From Antedon mediterranea (lineage: Eukaryota; Animalia; Echinodermata), in assembly GCF_964355755.1 (NCBI RefSeq), contig NC_092678.1, forward strand, positions 12,460,352 through 12,524,351: a stretch of 64,000 nt of DNA. Reading direction: 5' to 3'. A model generated the notes under the pieces. It searched no databases. It was not told the DNA's origin and saw only the letters and a list, made by a program, of their open reading frames with translations. The position numbers and the translations under genes are program-made. How positions within the stretch are numbered: the first letter of the stretch is position 1; every line of letters begins with the position of its first letter. This document shows positions 11,898 through 24,555 of this stretch, in pieces.

Positions 11898-14738
11898 TCC
11901 AGCTCGATATTTGTGCCAAAATAGATTTTATTGGCTAACTTTGTTATTTTTGAGTTGCTGAATTAAAAAAAGTTAGGTGCCATTTTTTTCGACCATTCCT
12001 TCAGCCGCCATTTTGTATTTCAAAATGTCCGATATTCTACACTGAACTTTGTCATCCATGGTATCATCGGAAAGGGAATGTAATACTGATAATTTTATCC
12101 CATTACAACCATATCAAAAAAGTTACATAGTTATTTAACAATAAAACAAATCACGTGACCCAAAAAGGTCAAAAGGTCAACATTTTAATTTTCTCAAATA
12201 CTTTACTGTTTGGTATCGTAGGATAGCTTTTTTTTAAATTCTGAATACAGTTTTACTAATATCTATTCGATTTTCCTTTGTTTATTGTCATAATTTTACA
12301 ATTATGTAAATAAATTGTTTTTAAATGTACAATAAAAAAGTCTCCTTTGTATTAAGATAAATACGTTTTTTTATTGGTTTTACCGTAATTCATTCAAATG
12401 TTGGTAACATTTATCTGGTTATAATAACAATTTCAGTGTGTGAAAATACTTTAGTATAAGTTAAGTTTAACTATCAAGATCCTCGATATGCCCGGTTTTC
12501 GCATTGCAAGTACAGTAAAAAACAAGATCAAACAACCATTGCTTTGCAGGTTGCGACGCAAACATGATCTTGGAGGTAAAGTAATTGATTGTAGTACCTT
12601 TTATTTGAGCAAGTTCATACAACTACTACAGCAAAAACGTAACAGTAAAAGTAATTTAGGTTTTTCTTAATTCTGCTAGTTAATGTAGTTTTATTTATAA
12701 CTATATCCAGTGCAGTGGCGTCTATGTTGTTTTTTCAAACATGGTTTTCTGCCAATAGCATGGTTGCTTGTTGTAAGCCTAGGCCTATATATATAAAGTA
12801 AATCGATAAAAAAGTTGTTGCTTATTTAAATTAATTTATGTACACATTCTTATATTATATATATTGGATATTTGTGTGACCATAAAGGCAGGATAAAAAA
12901 CAACTCATCTATACTGTGTATAAGTAGTCGAATAATCTTCCACTGTTCCAGATGATAACACAATTGATTGAATATACAATTAAATCGGTGGTATATGCTC
13001 ATACACATAAGAATATAGATAATAATAATAATAATTCAAAACGCACCGATGACTGAAAAGCCGATTACATCCCCTACCGGTGTGTGGTCGCACTTGAAAT
13101 GCAGTAAAAGTACCGTAACAAAATTAAAATACACATTTATAAAAGGGAATTCAATAACTGAAATCGTTACATACGGTACATATTTATAAAGTGTCTCTGT
13201 AGTTAAAATATTTCGTTTTTCTAAAACTAATTTGAATATTATTGCTGGAAAGCGGATTTTGTTTCCCTTCTTTCCGATAAGTTCTTAAAGTTAAGTTACC
13301 ACAAACAAGTATAGTTTGATTAATTATTCTATGTGACTTTTAATAATAACAACGTATATCTTGAAAGATATAGTTAGGATTTATAGTTAGGATTTATATT
13401 GCGATAATCACAAACCATACGTAAAAATCAAAGGGATCTTTTAGACGTTAAAAACACCGTAATTCGTTTCTTTACAATATCGATTGGTATTTTGTAAAGG
13501 TAGTAAAGGCAGCAATAGGACACTGACTTTTCTTTATTTCGTGCTAATTGATCTTATTTTTTTTGTCTTAATTCTTAAGATTTTTTCACTGTATAATAAT
13601 ATGAAATGCAAACATTCTGTTTGCTGCACTTAATCTGACGTTCAAAGAGAAAGAGAAAGGCATGCCAATTAACATTGGCATTGTGCACAGATGGCTTTAA
13701 ATTGTTTGGTACCCGCTTTGACAAAAATACAAATGATACCATTCCCCGTAGCATTTTTTTATTTTTACGAAAAACAGAAATGTAAACTACTAAAAATAAA
13801 ATAGATTCAGAATTTAAAAAGCTATCCTACAAAAAAAAAAAAAAAGATGTGATTTGACAACAGTTTATTTCACCTTTGTTCACGGACTATAGTTATTTTG
13901 ATTTTGAATTAAATAACTCGGAAACTTGACATTGAAGTTAAGTGTAATCCAGTACCGTAGCCTACAGTACTTATTCAGTATTAAGATAATATATAATATA
14001 ATATAAAACATCTAAATGGACAATGACAAAGTAGAAAAAAAATCAAACAAACATTTGAATAAATTGTAAAACCAATAAGAAAACCCGTATTTATCTTAAT
14101 ACGAAGGAGACTACTTTTTTCATTGTTAAATGAGTATAGCAAAGCATTTAATGAATAGGCAAACTGCCTTAATATGTGACATGTTTCGAGAAACTATTCT
14201 CGTCATCAGAAGAACAGAAAACAACGCCTAAAGTATACTTATATACCAATAGGACAGGTTGTATGTAAATAAGAAAGTAATTAGCATGATAAAACAACAA
14301 GGAACATTTAAAAACAATTTATTTACATAATTGGAAAATTATGACAATAAACAAAGTAATATAGAATAGATATTAGTAAAACTGTATTCAGAATAAAAAA
14401 ATCTATCCAACGATACCAAACAGTTCAGTGTTTTGGTGAAATTGCATTTGACCTTTTGACCTTTATTGGTCACGTGATTTGTTTTATTTCGCAATTACTA
14501 CGTAACTATGCGTTTATTGATATATGGGTGTAATGGAATAAAATAATCAGTATTACATTCCCTTTCCAATGATACCATGGATGACCAACTTTAGTGTGGA
14601 ACGTCGGCCAATTTCAAATACAAAATGGCGGCTGAAGAAGTGGTCGAAAAAAATGGCACCTAATTTTTTGGGATTCAGCATCTCAAGAATAACAAAGTTA
14701 GCTAAAAAAAATCTATTTTGGCACAAATATCGAGCTGG
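11898..14738. repeat. Long inverted repeat pair (about 11898-12382 and 14066-14738), probably TIR arms or two inverted copies of a DNA-transposon derivative
   Basis: ccagctcgatatttgtgccaaaatagattt...ttattggttttac is the reverse complement of gtaaaaccaataag...aaatctattttggcacaaatatcgagctgg. The right arm has an extra insert of about 175 bp. Confidence 0.8.
14175..14216 (-). ncRNA. Minimal type I hammerhead ribozyme motif (Penelope pLTR type)
   Basis: Minus strand TGTTCTT-CTGATGA-C-GAGAA tagt TTCTC-GAAA-CATG-TC-ACA: catalytic boxes, stem II hairpin, palindromic stem III and GUC cleavage triplet. Confidence 0.7.
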
Positions 14739-15140
14739 AAGACATAATAACCCGTACTATATGCTACACTGTATGTAGTGTGACTGTATACAGTATTAAA
14801 ATGTGACAAAATAGATAGTATTCAACACCTACTTTGTGTGATAGGGTACATACCACCGGCACACAGAGCTACACCACACTGGGCAGGGTCTAGGTGGGTG
14901 GGAATAATGAAATCAGATTATCTCTGCATAATAAATGATCCATCCAATGTTTGATTTACGGAGAAGCTAGCCCATCATATCAAAACGAGTTTTCATGTTC
15001 TTGAGAAAAATCCCACAAAATGTTTCCCAGACTAATAGGCTTATAAAATAATTTCTAGCCTTCAGAAACTTTCGTCATCACATCATCAACACTTCGCTTC
15101 GCGATAATGTGCCCAGGTAGCGATTTTTTTTTTCGTACAC

Positions 15141-15663
15141 AAAATTACTCGGTCTACGCACGATTTAACGAAATCACGTTTGTAATCATATCTTCACAAC
15201 CATGAATCACAATTAAATAAAATTTGGTACTCAAAAATTTCAGGGCATAAATCCTCATAATGGCAATACAATTACGTGCTTAGCGCATGTAACGCATGCG
15301 TACGCGCGCTTAAAATTTTCAAAATTTATTTTCGATGAAATAAGAGTACGTTTCAGGCAATTTTTAGCGTTTACAAAATTGCAATGAGTGCGCAGATTTT
15401 TGTGCGCGCACTGCGCGTTAAATGTTATTGCGCACTCTTTTTGCCCGATTTATGTTTTCTTGACTTAATTTTCAACTCGAAATTACGTTATACGAGCACG
15501 TCAAAAGTGACAGGCTACGCACGTGTAAATTAAAAAAATATAGATGTTTTTAAACATTTAAAAATTTTTAAACATGGTCAGTAATTTCGGTCAGTTGGTA
15601 GGTTGGTCGATCGGTCAGTAAACACTAATGAGCACGCGACTGCAGCCATCTATATGGCTTTGT
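15141..15663 (+). mobile_element. 5'-truncated Helentron/HINE copy
   Basis: Near-identical to 40-561. Ends gcacgcgactgcagccatctatatggctttgt. Confidence 0.75.
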
Positions 15664-16024
15664 TTACTCTCACTGCGGTGTGTATATTGTCAAAACAATA
15701 AAGATAAATAAAGAGTTGTTTCATCATTGTCGCAAGTGAAGGAAAGCCTCATCATCAGATCATCACTCATCAGAATACTTTTTTTGGCGATCGCAAAATG
15801 ATCATTATATAGAAAAATGAGAACAAATTTAAGTTCAGATAATTTAGCGTTTTTGTTAGGTTGATGACAACTTTGACCAACATTGTAACTTATGAACTAT
15901 TGTAAGGTCGCCTCTTTTAAAAATTGGGTTTGATGGAGTGAATATCAACATAATCGTTACAACAAAAAATGGGGAGACATACAACGTGACTGGTTGTATT
16001 ACTCTGGATGACTTATAACAACTT

Positions 16025-16258
16025 TTCAGCTTGATATCCAGATGTCCTAACCATTAGACCACTGGGGCTTTCATGGTATTGTTCGAACTCGATTGGATAG
16101 CGAATCTTTATATACACATTCAGAGTTCGAGTCTCGGTTGGGGCGACTTTTTCTCATTCTCACAGATTTCGTCATCTTTATCGTTTCAAATTAAATAATT
16201 AAATTTCAGTATATTACCGGGCGGTTTAGAATTAATGTTCTTTGCCTGATTTGTTTAT
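16025..16258. repeat. Rearranged pieces of the tRNA-containing, Penelope-associated repeat at 23733-24090
   Basis: 16025-16110 is a direct copy of about 23815-23900. 16120-16200 and 16205-16258 are inverted copies of about 23733-23805 and 24040-24090. Confidence 0.75.
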
Positions 16259-16544
16259 ACACAGCAAAATTCTGATTCTTGTTTTAAGAAAAAAAAAACT
16301 TGTTTCAAGCAAAATATTTCTTGAAACAAGTAAATTTTGACTTGTCCGTATTTCAATACTTTTTGGCTTACCAAGAATCGTAAAATTCTTAACAAGAATC
16401 ACACAAATTCTTATCAAGAAAATTATTCTTACCAAGAAATAATACTTTAAGAACAATATTCTTACCAAGAATTTAATTGCTTTTTTCATTCTTGTTTTAA
16501 GCAGTATCTGCCTTAAAATAAGTAACAATTTATCGATTTTTTAA

Positions 16545-17600
16545 AATAGAATTCTTGTTTCAAGCAATATTTTTCTTAAAATAAGTAAGAATATTCCGAT
16601 TTGTATTTTTTTTGAATTCTTGTTTCCAGCAATATATTTCTTAAAATAAGTAAGAATATTCCGATTTGTATTTTTTTGAATTCTTGTTTCAAGCAAGATA
16701 TTTCTTAAAATAAGTAAGAATATTCCGATTTTTATTTTTTGAATTCTTGTTTCAAGCAATATTTTTCTTAAAATAAGTAAGAATATTCCGATTTGTATTT
16801 TTTGAATTCTTGTTTCAAGCAATATTTTTCTTAAAATAAGTAAGAATATTCCGATTTGTATTTTTTTAATTCTTGTTTCAAGCAATTTTTTTCTTAAAAT
16901 AAGTAAGAATATTCCGATTTGTATTTTTTGAATTCTTGTTTCAAGCAAAATATTTCTTAAAATAAGTAAGAATATTCCGATTTTTATTTGTAGAATTCTT
17001 GTTTCAAGCAATATTTTTCTTAAAATAAGTAAGAATATTCCGATTTGTATTTTTTAGAATTCTTGTTTTAAGCAATATTTTTCTTAAAATAAGTAAGAAT
17101 ATTCCGATTTTTAATTTTAATATTCTTGTTTCAAGCAATATATTTCTTAAAATAAGTAAGAATATTCCGATTTGTATTTTTTGAATTCTTGTTTCAAGCA
17201 ATATTTTTCTTAAAAAAGTAAGAATATTCCGATTTGTATTTTTTGAATTCTTGTTTCAAGCAATATTTTTCTTAAAATAAGTAAGAATATTCCGATTTGT
17301 ATTTTTTGAATTCTTGTTTCAAGCAATATATTTCTTAAAATAAGTAAGAATATTCCGATTTTTATTTGTAGAATTCTTGTTTCAAGCAATATTTTTCTTA
17401 AAATAAGTAAGAATATTCCGGTTTGTATTTTTTAGAATTCTTGTTTTAAGCAATATTTTTCTTAAAATAAGTAAGAATATTCCGATTTATATTTTTAGTT
17501 TTCTTGTTTCAAGCAATATATTTCTTAAAATAAGTAAGAATATTCTGATTTTTATTTGTAGAATTCTTGTTTCAAGCAAAACTTTTTTTAAAATAAGTAA
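16545..17600. repeat. 63-bp subterminal tandem array (about 16-17 units) of the EnSpm left end
   Basis: Unit gaattcttgtttcaagcaatatttttcttaaaataagtaagaatattccgatttgtatttttt with period 63 (e.g. 16681, 16744, 16807). Confidence 0.92.
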
Positions 17601-18069
17601 ACAAGAAGTCTATCAAATAAAAACCAGTAAATGTTTACTTATTTTAAGAAAAGTATTGCTTGAAACAAGAATTCTATCAAATTAAAATTCATAAATTCTT
17701 ACTTATATTGGGAAAAAAATTGCTTGAAACAAGAATTCTATAAAACATAAATCATTAAAAATTTATTTTAAGAACGATAAATGAATACTCATTTTAAGTA
17801 ATATTTTACTTAAACAAATAAATTCAAGAATGTTATAAAACATAATATTAACAATACTGTTATTTTCATTAAGAACTACAATTTACATGACATTAGGTAC
17901 AATAATATATACAACTTCTTTAAAACAAACTTGTTTTTATTAATAATAAAATGCCATCAAAAGAAAACTTAAAAACATTAAAATGGTAAAATACAAATTT
18001 CGTAAAATTCTTCTCCCGCACCTGGGCTTTAAACTATTAGGTGTCTTTAAATTTATTAATGTATACTAA

Positions 18070-20132
18070 TGATGATTCAACAGCCTTTGTCAAGTGTACA
18101 GGTGTGTTTTCATCACAAATCACTAACTGTTAAAGGATAGTGAGGCCTACTTCTTTTCATTTTGGATAATCGAAATCCAGAAGGTAAAAAGTGGAGAGGA
18201 GAGTAACTAGAGCCTCATCTAATTTTGCTTTCTTTGTAGTTAGAATTGTTTGCTAAACTTTAATGTAGGCCATTTCTGTGTCCAAAAGCAATACCGGCAT
18301 ATTACCTGATCGGCGTGAAGACCAGGATTCTGGATCTTTATTCATGTTCCTAAAAATGAAAAGAGATTAATATAGTTTTAGTTATTACTGTATTTAAAAT
18401 ATGTGTAACATCATCAACTAATTGGGTACGGTGTGGTTTTAGAGTCCTATATCTGGGGCGGTAAACACAAAAACATGACGCAATATTAGAACGGTGGTAA
18501 GAATAATTTTACATTATAAGACATAAGGGTGGGTGGAATATGCATTTGAACTTTTTAATCACAAACTTTGCCCTGTTTATACCGATCCCAAAGACAGGCC
18601 TGGCTGTATCTATTATTTTTAGTTAAATTATTAGGGTCTAAATTTATTTTTAATATTACTATTTAGGAAGACAATACGCAAAACGGTGCTCAATCCTGAT
18701 TGATGTTTTTATTCCGTATCAATGTTTATAATAACAATCATACAATTAAATGTAAATTTTGTTTAATTGTTTGATTTTAATAAATTATTGTAAACATAGT
18801 ATATACCTCGAATTTTAAGCTAAGATAAATTTAATTTTAAAAAAACACTTTAAGATATTTTTTTTTAATGTACATAATGTTACTTGTATTTTAAATTTAA
18901 AAAAAAACTAAATACCTTCAAGGTCGGCAGACTTTTTTTGATGAGTTTTTCCCAACAAATATGTTTGACAGATTTGACAACATATGGGTTATCTTTGAAC
19001 CTAACCAAAAATAACAAATTGAAAACATTATATTATATAAATTTATTTAAATGAGTGGAATAATGTATGGACATAAACTTGATATACTGTAGCTCAAATT
19101 TTTAATAATGTAGCCTACAGTTTTGTAGGTGGTCAATGTAAAAGGAAGGGGAAAGGGTGGGCTGGCCAGGAGAGCATTAATATGTCAAAAATTAATATTC
19201 ATAAGTCATTTATTTAATTTTAGTTGTCAAAGGGAGGAGTGCATGACACCAAGCTGTTAAAAATACGTACACAATATGTACACGTATTTTCCTCACTACC
19301 ATTGGTCCATTATAAAAATATTTATGAATAGATAAAAGTACAAAAACATACACTGTACTTACCAGATGGAGGACTGGTGTTTCTCTTTAAAATACCAAAA
19401 TAAACTATATTATTCTCTTTGGAAAAATTTGCTAAGCACTTTTTTAAAAAGCTTTCTTTTGTATTTCATTCCTCTTTGCCTAGTAATAATTAGTATCCTT
19501 CGAACTTCTTCAATTACCTAACAAATAATTTAAGATATTGTAAATAACACTGTTTTTTAAAAAGAAATTTAATATAACAATTTTAGTTATGCAGTACGTA
19601 TGTTTTTTGTTTGTTTTTTTAGTATGTTTTTTTAAAAATTTAGAGTTAAAAACATTAAGTTTCAATATCGATGTGATCACTTCGGGGATTACTTAGTGTG
19701 TACAATTAATTAAATATAAAGAAGTGTTTTTAAATGTCATTATATTTCTCATTGGAATATGTGTATATAATATAATCCTTCGTAGATATTTCATGGCTAC
19801 ATTACAAAATAACTGTTACATTATCTATTATTAGGCCTTCCTTATACCTAGCTGAAATAGGTCCGACAATATTTGTCCCCTCTGTCAATGTCTGAACTAA
19901 AATGCTAAGCTAAACCTATACACCTGTCCGTCAGTACAGGCATAGTAGGCTAGCCTAGACCTACTAGTTCCAGGCCTACAGTATTACTAACTAGGAAGGA
20001 GCCTAGCAGCCTAGGCTAGGCCTAGACTGCTGGCAGATTGAAATATAATTATTAGGCCTACGAACCTGTTAAAATGTTGGCCACTTCTTCATCTATTTCT
20101 CGGATCTTCAACAAAGCGTCTTTCTTCGACAT
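18070..20132 (-). pseudogene. Decayed SAM-domain/SAMD3-like accessory gene of the EnSpm element
   Basis: First exon 20132-20066 MSKKDALLKIREIDEEVANILT|GT, degenerate middle exons (about 19845-19925 and 19362-19518), and last exon about 18350-18070 LDEALVTLLSTFYLLDFDYPK*KEVGLTIL*QLVI, resembling the SAMD3-type C-terminal F..YP motif. In-frame stops present. Confidence 0.65.
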
Positions 20133-20519
20133 TATATTAGACTAATCTTACTAGGCCTATTGAAGCATTTAATATATAAATTGCGATGAAAGGTGTCTTT
20201 TACTTACAAACTCTACATTTTGAATTACTTTAAAAAACCGTTGGCCATGATCCCGCCGGGAGCTAGGTCATCGACCACACACAGTGTTGTTTTTAAACTA
20301 TAACCAACAATTTATCGCTGGCCTTTTACCCAGAATGTATAAGGTCATTATACTGCTCAACGTTAAAGCATGGAGGTATAAACCTCCATGGTGGTTAAAG
20401 CAAATCTATAAAACGTCTGGACCAACAGTAATACGACAGACAATAATAATGACACATGTTTGTTGCAGTCCGAAAAAAAGCGATAAGTTGGTGCCAGTAA
20501 ACTGAAGTAGGTACAGTAT

Positions 20520-20662
20520 TTGCTACCCTATTTGCTAAGGCATTATAATTCAATTCATGGAAATACTCCGAATTTTCGAGTAACATGTGGAATTGGTGGT
20601 TCGCTGCCCGACAAGCTTTGGAATTTACAATTCGTTTTACAAGCATGTCATAAGACGCCATT
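20520..20662 (+). pseudogene. Remnant of the N-terminal C2H2 zinc fingers of an EnSpm transposase
   Basis: With one frameshift: LLRHYNSIHGNTPNFRVTCGIGG/CPTSFGIYNSFYKHVIRRH, followed by an acidic stretch. No catalytic core seen. Confidence 0.6.
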
Positions 20663-21459
20663 TTAAGGACGAGTATAACAATCGGCAACCTCCTGCAGTT
20701 GACGATGGAAACATCAGTATATAAGTATGCCTGGAGAAAACGAGGATGCCAATTGAGGATGAAGTAGAACTAGGCCTAGACTAGGAGACTGACGAAGTTA
20801 ATGAAGAAAAAAACTATTATAACGGGGATGATTTATCAACTGACGATAGTAGTTAGTGATAATTCTAGTATTGTTATACTGTTAATGATTGTTTAATATT
20901 AATTATCTTGTTGATGCTCAGCAAGAAGGCCTACTACTAACTAGAGGATGAACAAGCAGATAATAGTATAAAAAATGCTGATTTCTTTCTACTAAAATTA
21001 AAGGAGAGAAACAAGATTCCACAGGTAAGCCATTTTGCTTTAAAATTACAACAATTATGCATTTTAAACTATTTTTTATTAGAGAAATACGTCTATTTCC
21101 TAGGCCTTGCTGGTACTGTTATTTTATACAGGACTATTAGCTATAGTAACTATAGGACTTGGGTACTAGGCCTAGGCCTAGGCATTATACACTCTAAGTT
21201 TATGTTGCATTTTTTTGTGACCAATTTCATTGTTACAAATAACATTTTTTTTGTTAGGCTGCATAGCTCCCCAACTAAAGCACAACTTAGTCTTTAAACA
21301 TATTAAAACTTGAATATAAAAAATATTAAATCAATATTATTTTCTTTAGGTTGCAGTGCAATCGATTATTCAAAGCACAAACAGTTTGATTACCCAGATT
21401 CTTTCATCAGTTGAAACTGAAGTGCTAACTGCTCTACCGTTGTGTGAATATAAGGATGA

Positions 21460-22980
21460 CAATCTATTTTAAGTAAAACATTTCTCAAAATAAGTATTTT
21501 TCAGAATATTAAAATAGAATTGACTTCAATTCAAGCAAAAATAGTCTTGATAGGATATAGTATGATATTGACTTCTTATCTTAAGTAAAACATTTCTCAA
21601 AATAAGTATTTTTAAAAATATTGCGAATCTCAATTTAAGCAAAAATAGTCTTGAGAAGATAGTATGATATTGACTTCTTATTTTAAGTAAAACATTTCTC
21701 AAAATAAGTATTTTAAAGAATATTGCGAATCTTGATTCAAGTAAAAATAGTCTTGATAAGATAGTATGATATTGACTTCTTATTTTAAGTAAAACATTTC
21801 TCAAAATCAGAATATTGCGAATCTGAATTCAAGCAAAAATAGTCTTGATAGGATAGTATGATATTGACTTCTTATTTTAAGTAAAACATTTTTCAAAATA
21901 AGTATTTTTTTAAATATTGCGAATCTCAATTTAAGCAAAAATAGTCTTGATAAGATAGTATGATATTGACTTCTTATTTTAAGTAAAACATTTCTCGAAA
22001 TAAGTATTTTTAAGAATATTGCGAATCTTGATTCAAGTAAAAATAGTCTTGATAAGATAGTATGATATTGACTTCTTATTTTAAGTAAAACATTTCTCAA
22101 AATAAGTATTTTAAAAAATATTGCGAATCTCAATTTAAGCAAAAATAGTCTTGATAAGATAGTATGATATTGACTTCTTATTTTAAGTAAAACATTTCTC
22201 AAAATAAGTATTTTTAAGAATATTGCGAAACCTAATTTAAGAACCTTTGTCTTACCTAGAAAAATATTTTTTGTTTTAAGTAATTTTTAGAATTCATCAA
22301 TCTTGATTTAAGAAAAATTATTCTTGATAGGGATAAATATAATATTGATTTCTTATTTTAAGTAAAATACTTTTCAAATTAAGTATTTTCAAATCTTGTT
22401 TTAAGCAAAACTATTCTTAATAAGAAGAGAATGATATTGACTTCTTATTTTAAGTAAAATATTTCTTGTAATAAGCATTTTCAAGAATATTGCGAATCTT
22501 GATTCAAGTAAAAATAATCTTGATAAGGGTAGTGTGAAATTGACTTCTTATTTTAAGTAAAATATTTCTCAAAACAAGTATTTTCAAGACTATTGCAAAA
22601 CCTAATTTAAGAAACTTTGTCTTACCTAGAAAAATATTGATTGTTTTAAGCAATTTTTATAATTCATCAATCTTGATTTAAGAAAAATTATTCTTGATAG
22701 GGATAAATATAATATAGATTTCTTATTTTAAGTAAAATACTTTTCAAACTAAGTATTTTCAAATCTTGTTTTAAGCAAAACTATTCTTAATAAGAAGAGA
22801 ATGATATTGACTTCTTATTTTAAGTAAAATATTTCTTGTAATAAGCATTTTCAAGAATACTGCAAAACTTAATTTAAGAAAATGTGTCTTTTCTAGAAAA
22901 TTATTTCTTGTTTTAAGTAATTTTAAATCTTGACAAGAAAAAAAATACTTATTTTAAGAATTTTTTCTTAAAACAAGATT
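21460..22980. repeat. About 102-bp subterminal tandem array of the EnSpm right end
   Basis: Period 102 (atagtcttga at 21645 and 21747; 21941 and 22043). Contains CTTATTTTAAG, the inverse of CTTAAAATAAG in the left array. More divergent higher-order units near 22250-22980. Confidence 0.92.
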
Positions 22981-23039
22981 TTTTTTTCTTGCTTAGAATT
23001 TCAAATTTTGCTGTGTATAGATATATATTTATATACAGT

Positions 23040-23715
23040 CCACAGAACGTCTCATGACTATTTTTCCGGAACCACCCATTATTGCATTTCGTAGACCTCC
23101 CAACCTTCGTGATATATTAGTCAGATCCAAATTTAAGAGTGAAATTAACTCTCATGACAGCCAAAATTTGGGCAGTCACCTTTGCGGCACATCTTGCAAA
23201 ACTTGTTCATTGGTTGATTCTACTGAAAAATTTGAGATTAACCAAACTGGCCGCATTTTTCGGATAAGACAATCAATTAATTGTCTAACCAAAAACGTCA
23301 TTTATCTCATATACTGTAATATTTGTGGCAAACAGTACGTCGGAGAAACAAAAAACACTCTCCGTATGAGAATGACACAACATAGATCAGCTATCAAAAC
23401 ATTAAAGCTTGATCAACCTGTAGCCGAACATTTTAATTCAGCTGGTCACTCGATTGAAAATTTCAGAGTTATTGCAATAGGCCACAATGTAATGGAGCGA
23501 CAAAACTCGCAAAGACAAAGAAAACCACTGGGAATTACTACTTAAAACCACAAAACCTTTTGGACTTAACATTAGGAACATACTCCCAGATCGGTAAAAT
23601 TATTCCATTGACTACCAACATTTAAGTTTCAATATTAACCACCATTTAAGCTGTTTTTTAGTCTCATTCCAAAATTGTTTATATCTCTACCAAGCTACCT
23701 AACAATGCTGTGGAT
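23040..23715 (+). mobile_element. Penelope-like retroelement 3' fragment (GIY-YIG endonuclease)
   Basis: ORF 23054-23545: PIIAFRRPPNLRDILVRSK...CKTC...NVIYLIYCNICGKQYVGET...LRMRMTQHRS...VAEHF. A frameshifted tail contains PFGLN. Flanked by (TA)n. Confidence 0.9.
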
Positions 23716-23784
23716 ATATATATATATATAACTAATTAATTTGAAACGATAAAGATGAGGACATCTGTGAGAATGAGAAAAAGT

Positions 23785-23856
23785 CGCCCCAACTGAGACT
23801 CAAACTCGGACCGTCTGCTTGATATGCAGTTGCCCTAACCATTAGACCACTGGGGC
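23785..23856 (-). pseudogene. tRNA-derived sequence inside a Penelope-associated repeat
   Basis: GCCCCAG TGGTCTAATGGTTAGGGC A ACTGC ATATCAA GCAGA CGGT CCGAG TTTGAGT CTCAG TTGGGGC G followed by a T5 run. The B box is degenerate here but intact (GTTCGAGTC) in the copy at 16125. Confidence 0.6.
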
Positions 23857-24268
23857 TTTCATGGTATTGTTCAAACTCGATCGGATAACGACCCTTTAAC
23901 ATTCGGCGTGGTACGGCGGAACAGCACTAGTCCTCAGTTGTACACACGCGCACCAGAGATCAAATTGATACGCCCTCATCTATAATTCAGTATATTTATT
24001 CACTAAGTGGGATCTCGAGAGATACTTTTATAATATATATAAACACAACAGGCATAGAAAAAAATTCCAAACCGCCCGGTGATACACTGTATATATATAT
24101 ATATTGTGGGATCATGGACTAAAGATAAAAAAATGAAATTTTTAGTTGACAAAACTTATACTGATATCAAAGGGCGAGTTATATCATTTCAAACGATATT
24201 TGAAACTGTTTGGGAAACAAAACTATTTAATAATTATTTATCCTGATACGATGTAAAAATATACATAC

Positions 24269-24555
24269 CCCACCACCTTCAGCGTCAATAAAGTTAGTTC
24301 CATCGATGCCATATTTGATGCTGTATTTCGAGACTGATCCTCGACTACCTCCTTGAGTCGCCACTTGGGTTATATACGTTATGCTACCAAGATCAACTTG
24401 AATCCATTGACTGATATTGGCTGTAGCTGGTGACCAAGACTTATTGCCATGTAGCCTTCCATGATGGGCAGAAACATTATCGTAGGAACTTGATGCATTC
24501 ATCTGATTATCAGGGATGTCATCACTCTCAATTCCTAGACTCCTATCGCATGATT
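24269..24555 (-). CDS. Orphan exon encoding the N-terminal part of an F5/8 type C (discoidin) domain; possibly a pseudogene
   Basis: AG|..SCDRSLGIESDDIPDNQMNASS...GRLHGNKSWSP...QWIQVDLG...ITQVATQG...VSKYSIKYGIDG|GT, phase 1 to phase 0 and open. The partner exon with the C-terminal half was not found. Confidence 0.75.

Larger units (their letters stand above)
16260..23015. mobile_element. CACTA/EnSpm (CMC) DNA transposon, internally deleted, 6756 bp
   Basis: TA|CACAGCAAAATT ... AATTTTGCTGTG|TA termini, long subterminal repeat arrays at both ends, and internal remnants of a SAM/SAMD3-like gene (-) and a C2H2 zinc-finger transposase N-terminus (+). Confidence 0.88.

Noticed and set aside
16232-17201. 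Repetitive ORFs of 65-156 aa (LLETRIQKIQIGIFLLILRKI)n
   Set aside because: Translation of the 63-bp subterminal array; frames break wherever poly-T length varies.
21526-22202. Repetitive ORFs (MRNVLLKIRSQYHT...)
   Set aside because: Translation of the 102-bp EnSpm subterminal array.
24269-24555. F5/8C-FGF fusion gene, or neuropilin next to plexin
   Set aside because: Splice phases are incompatible with the FGF acceptor, and no CUB or MAM exons were seen.
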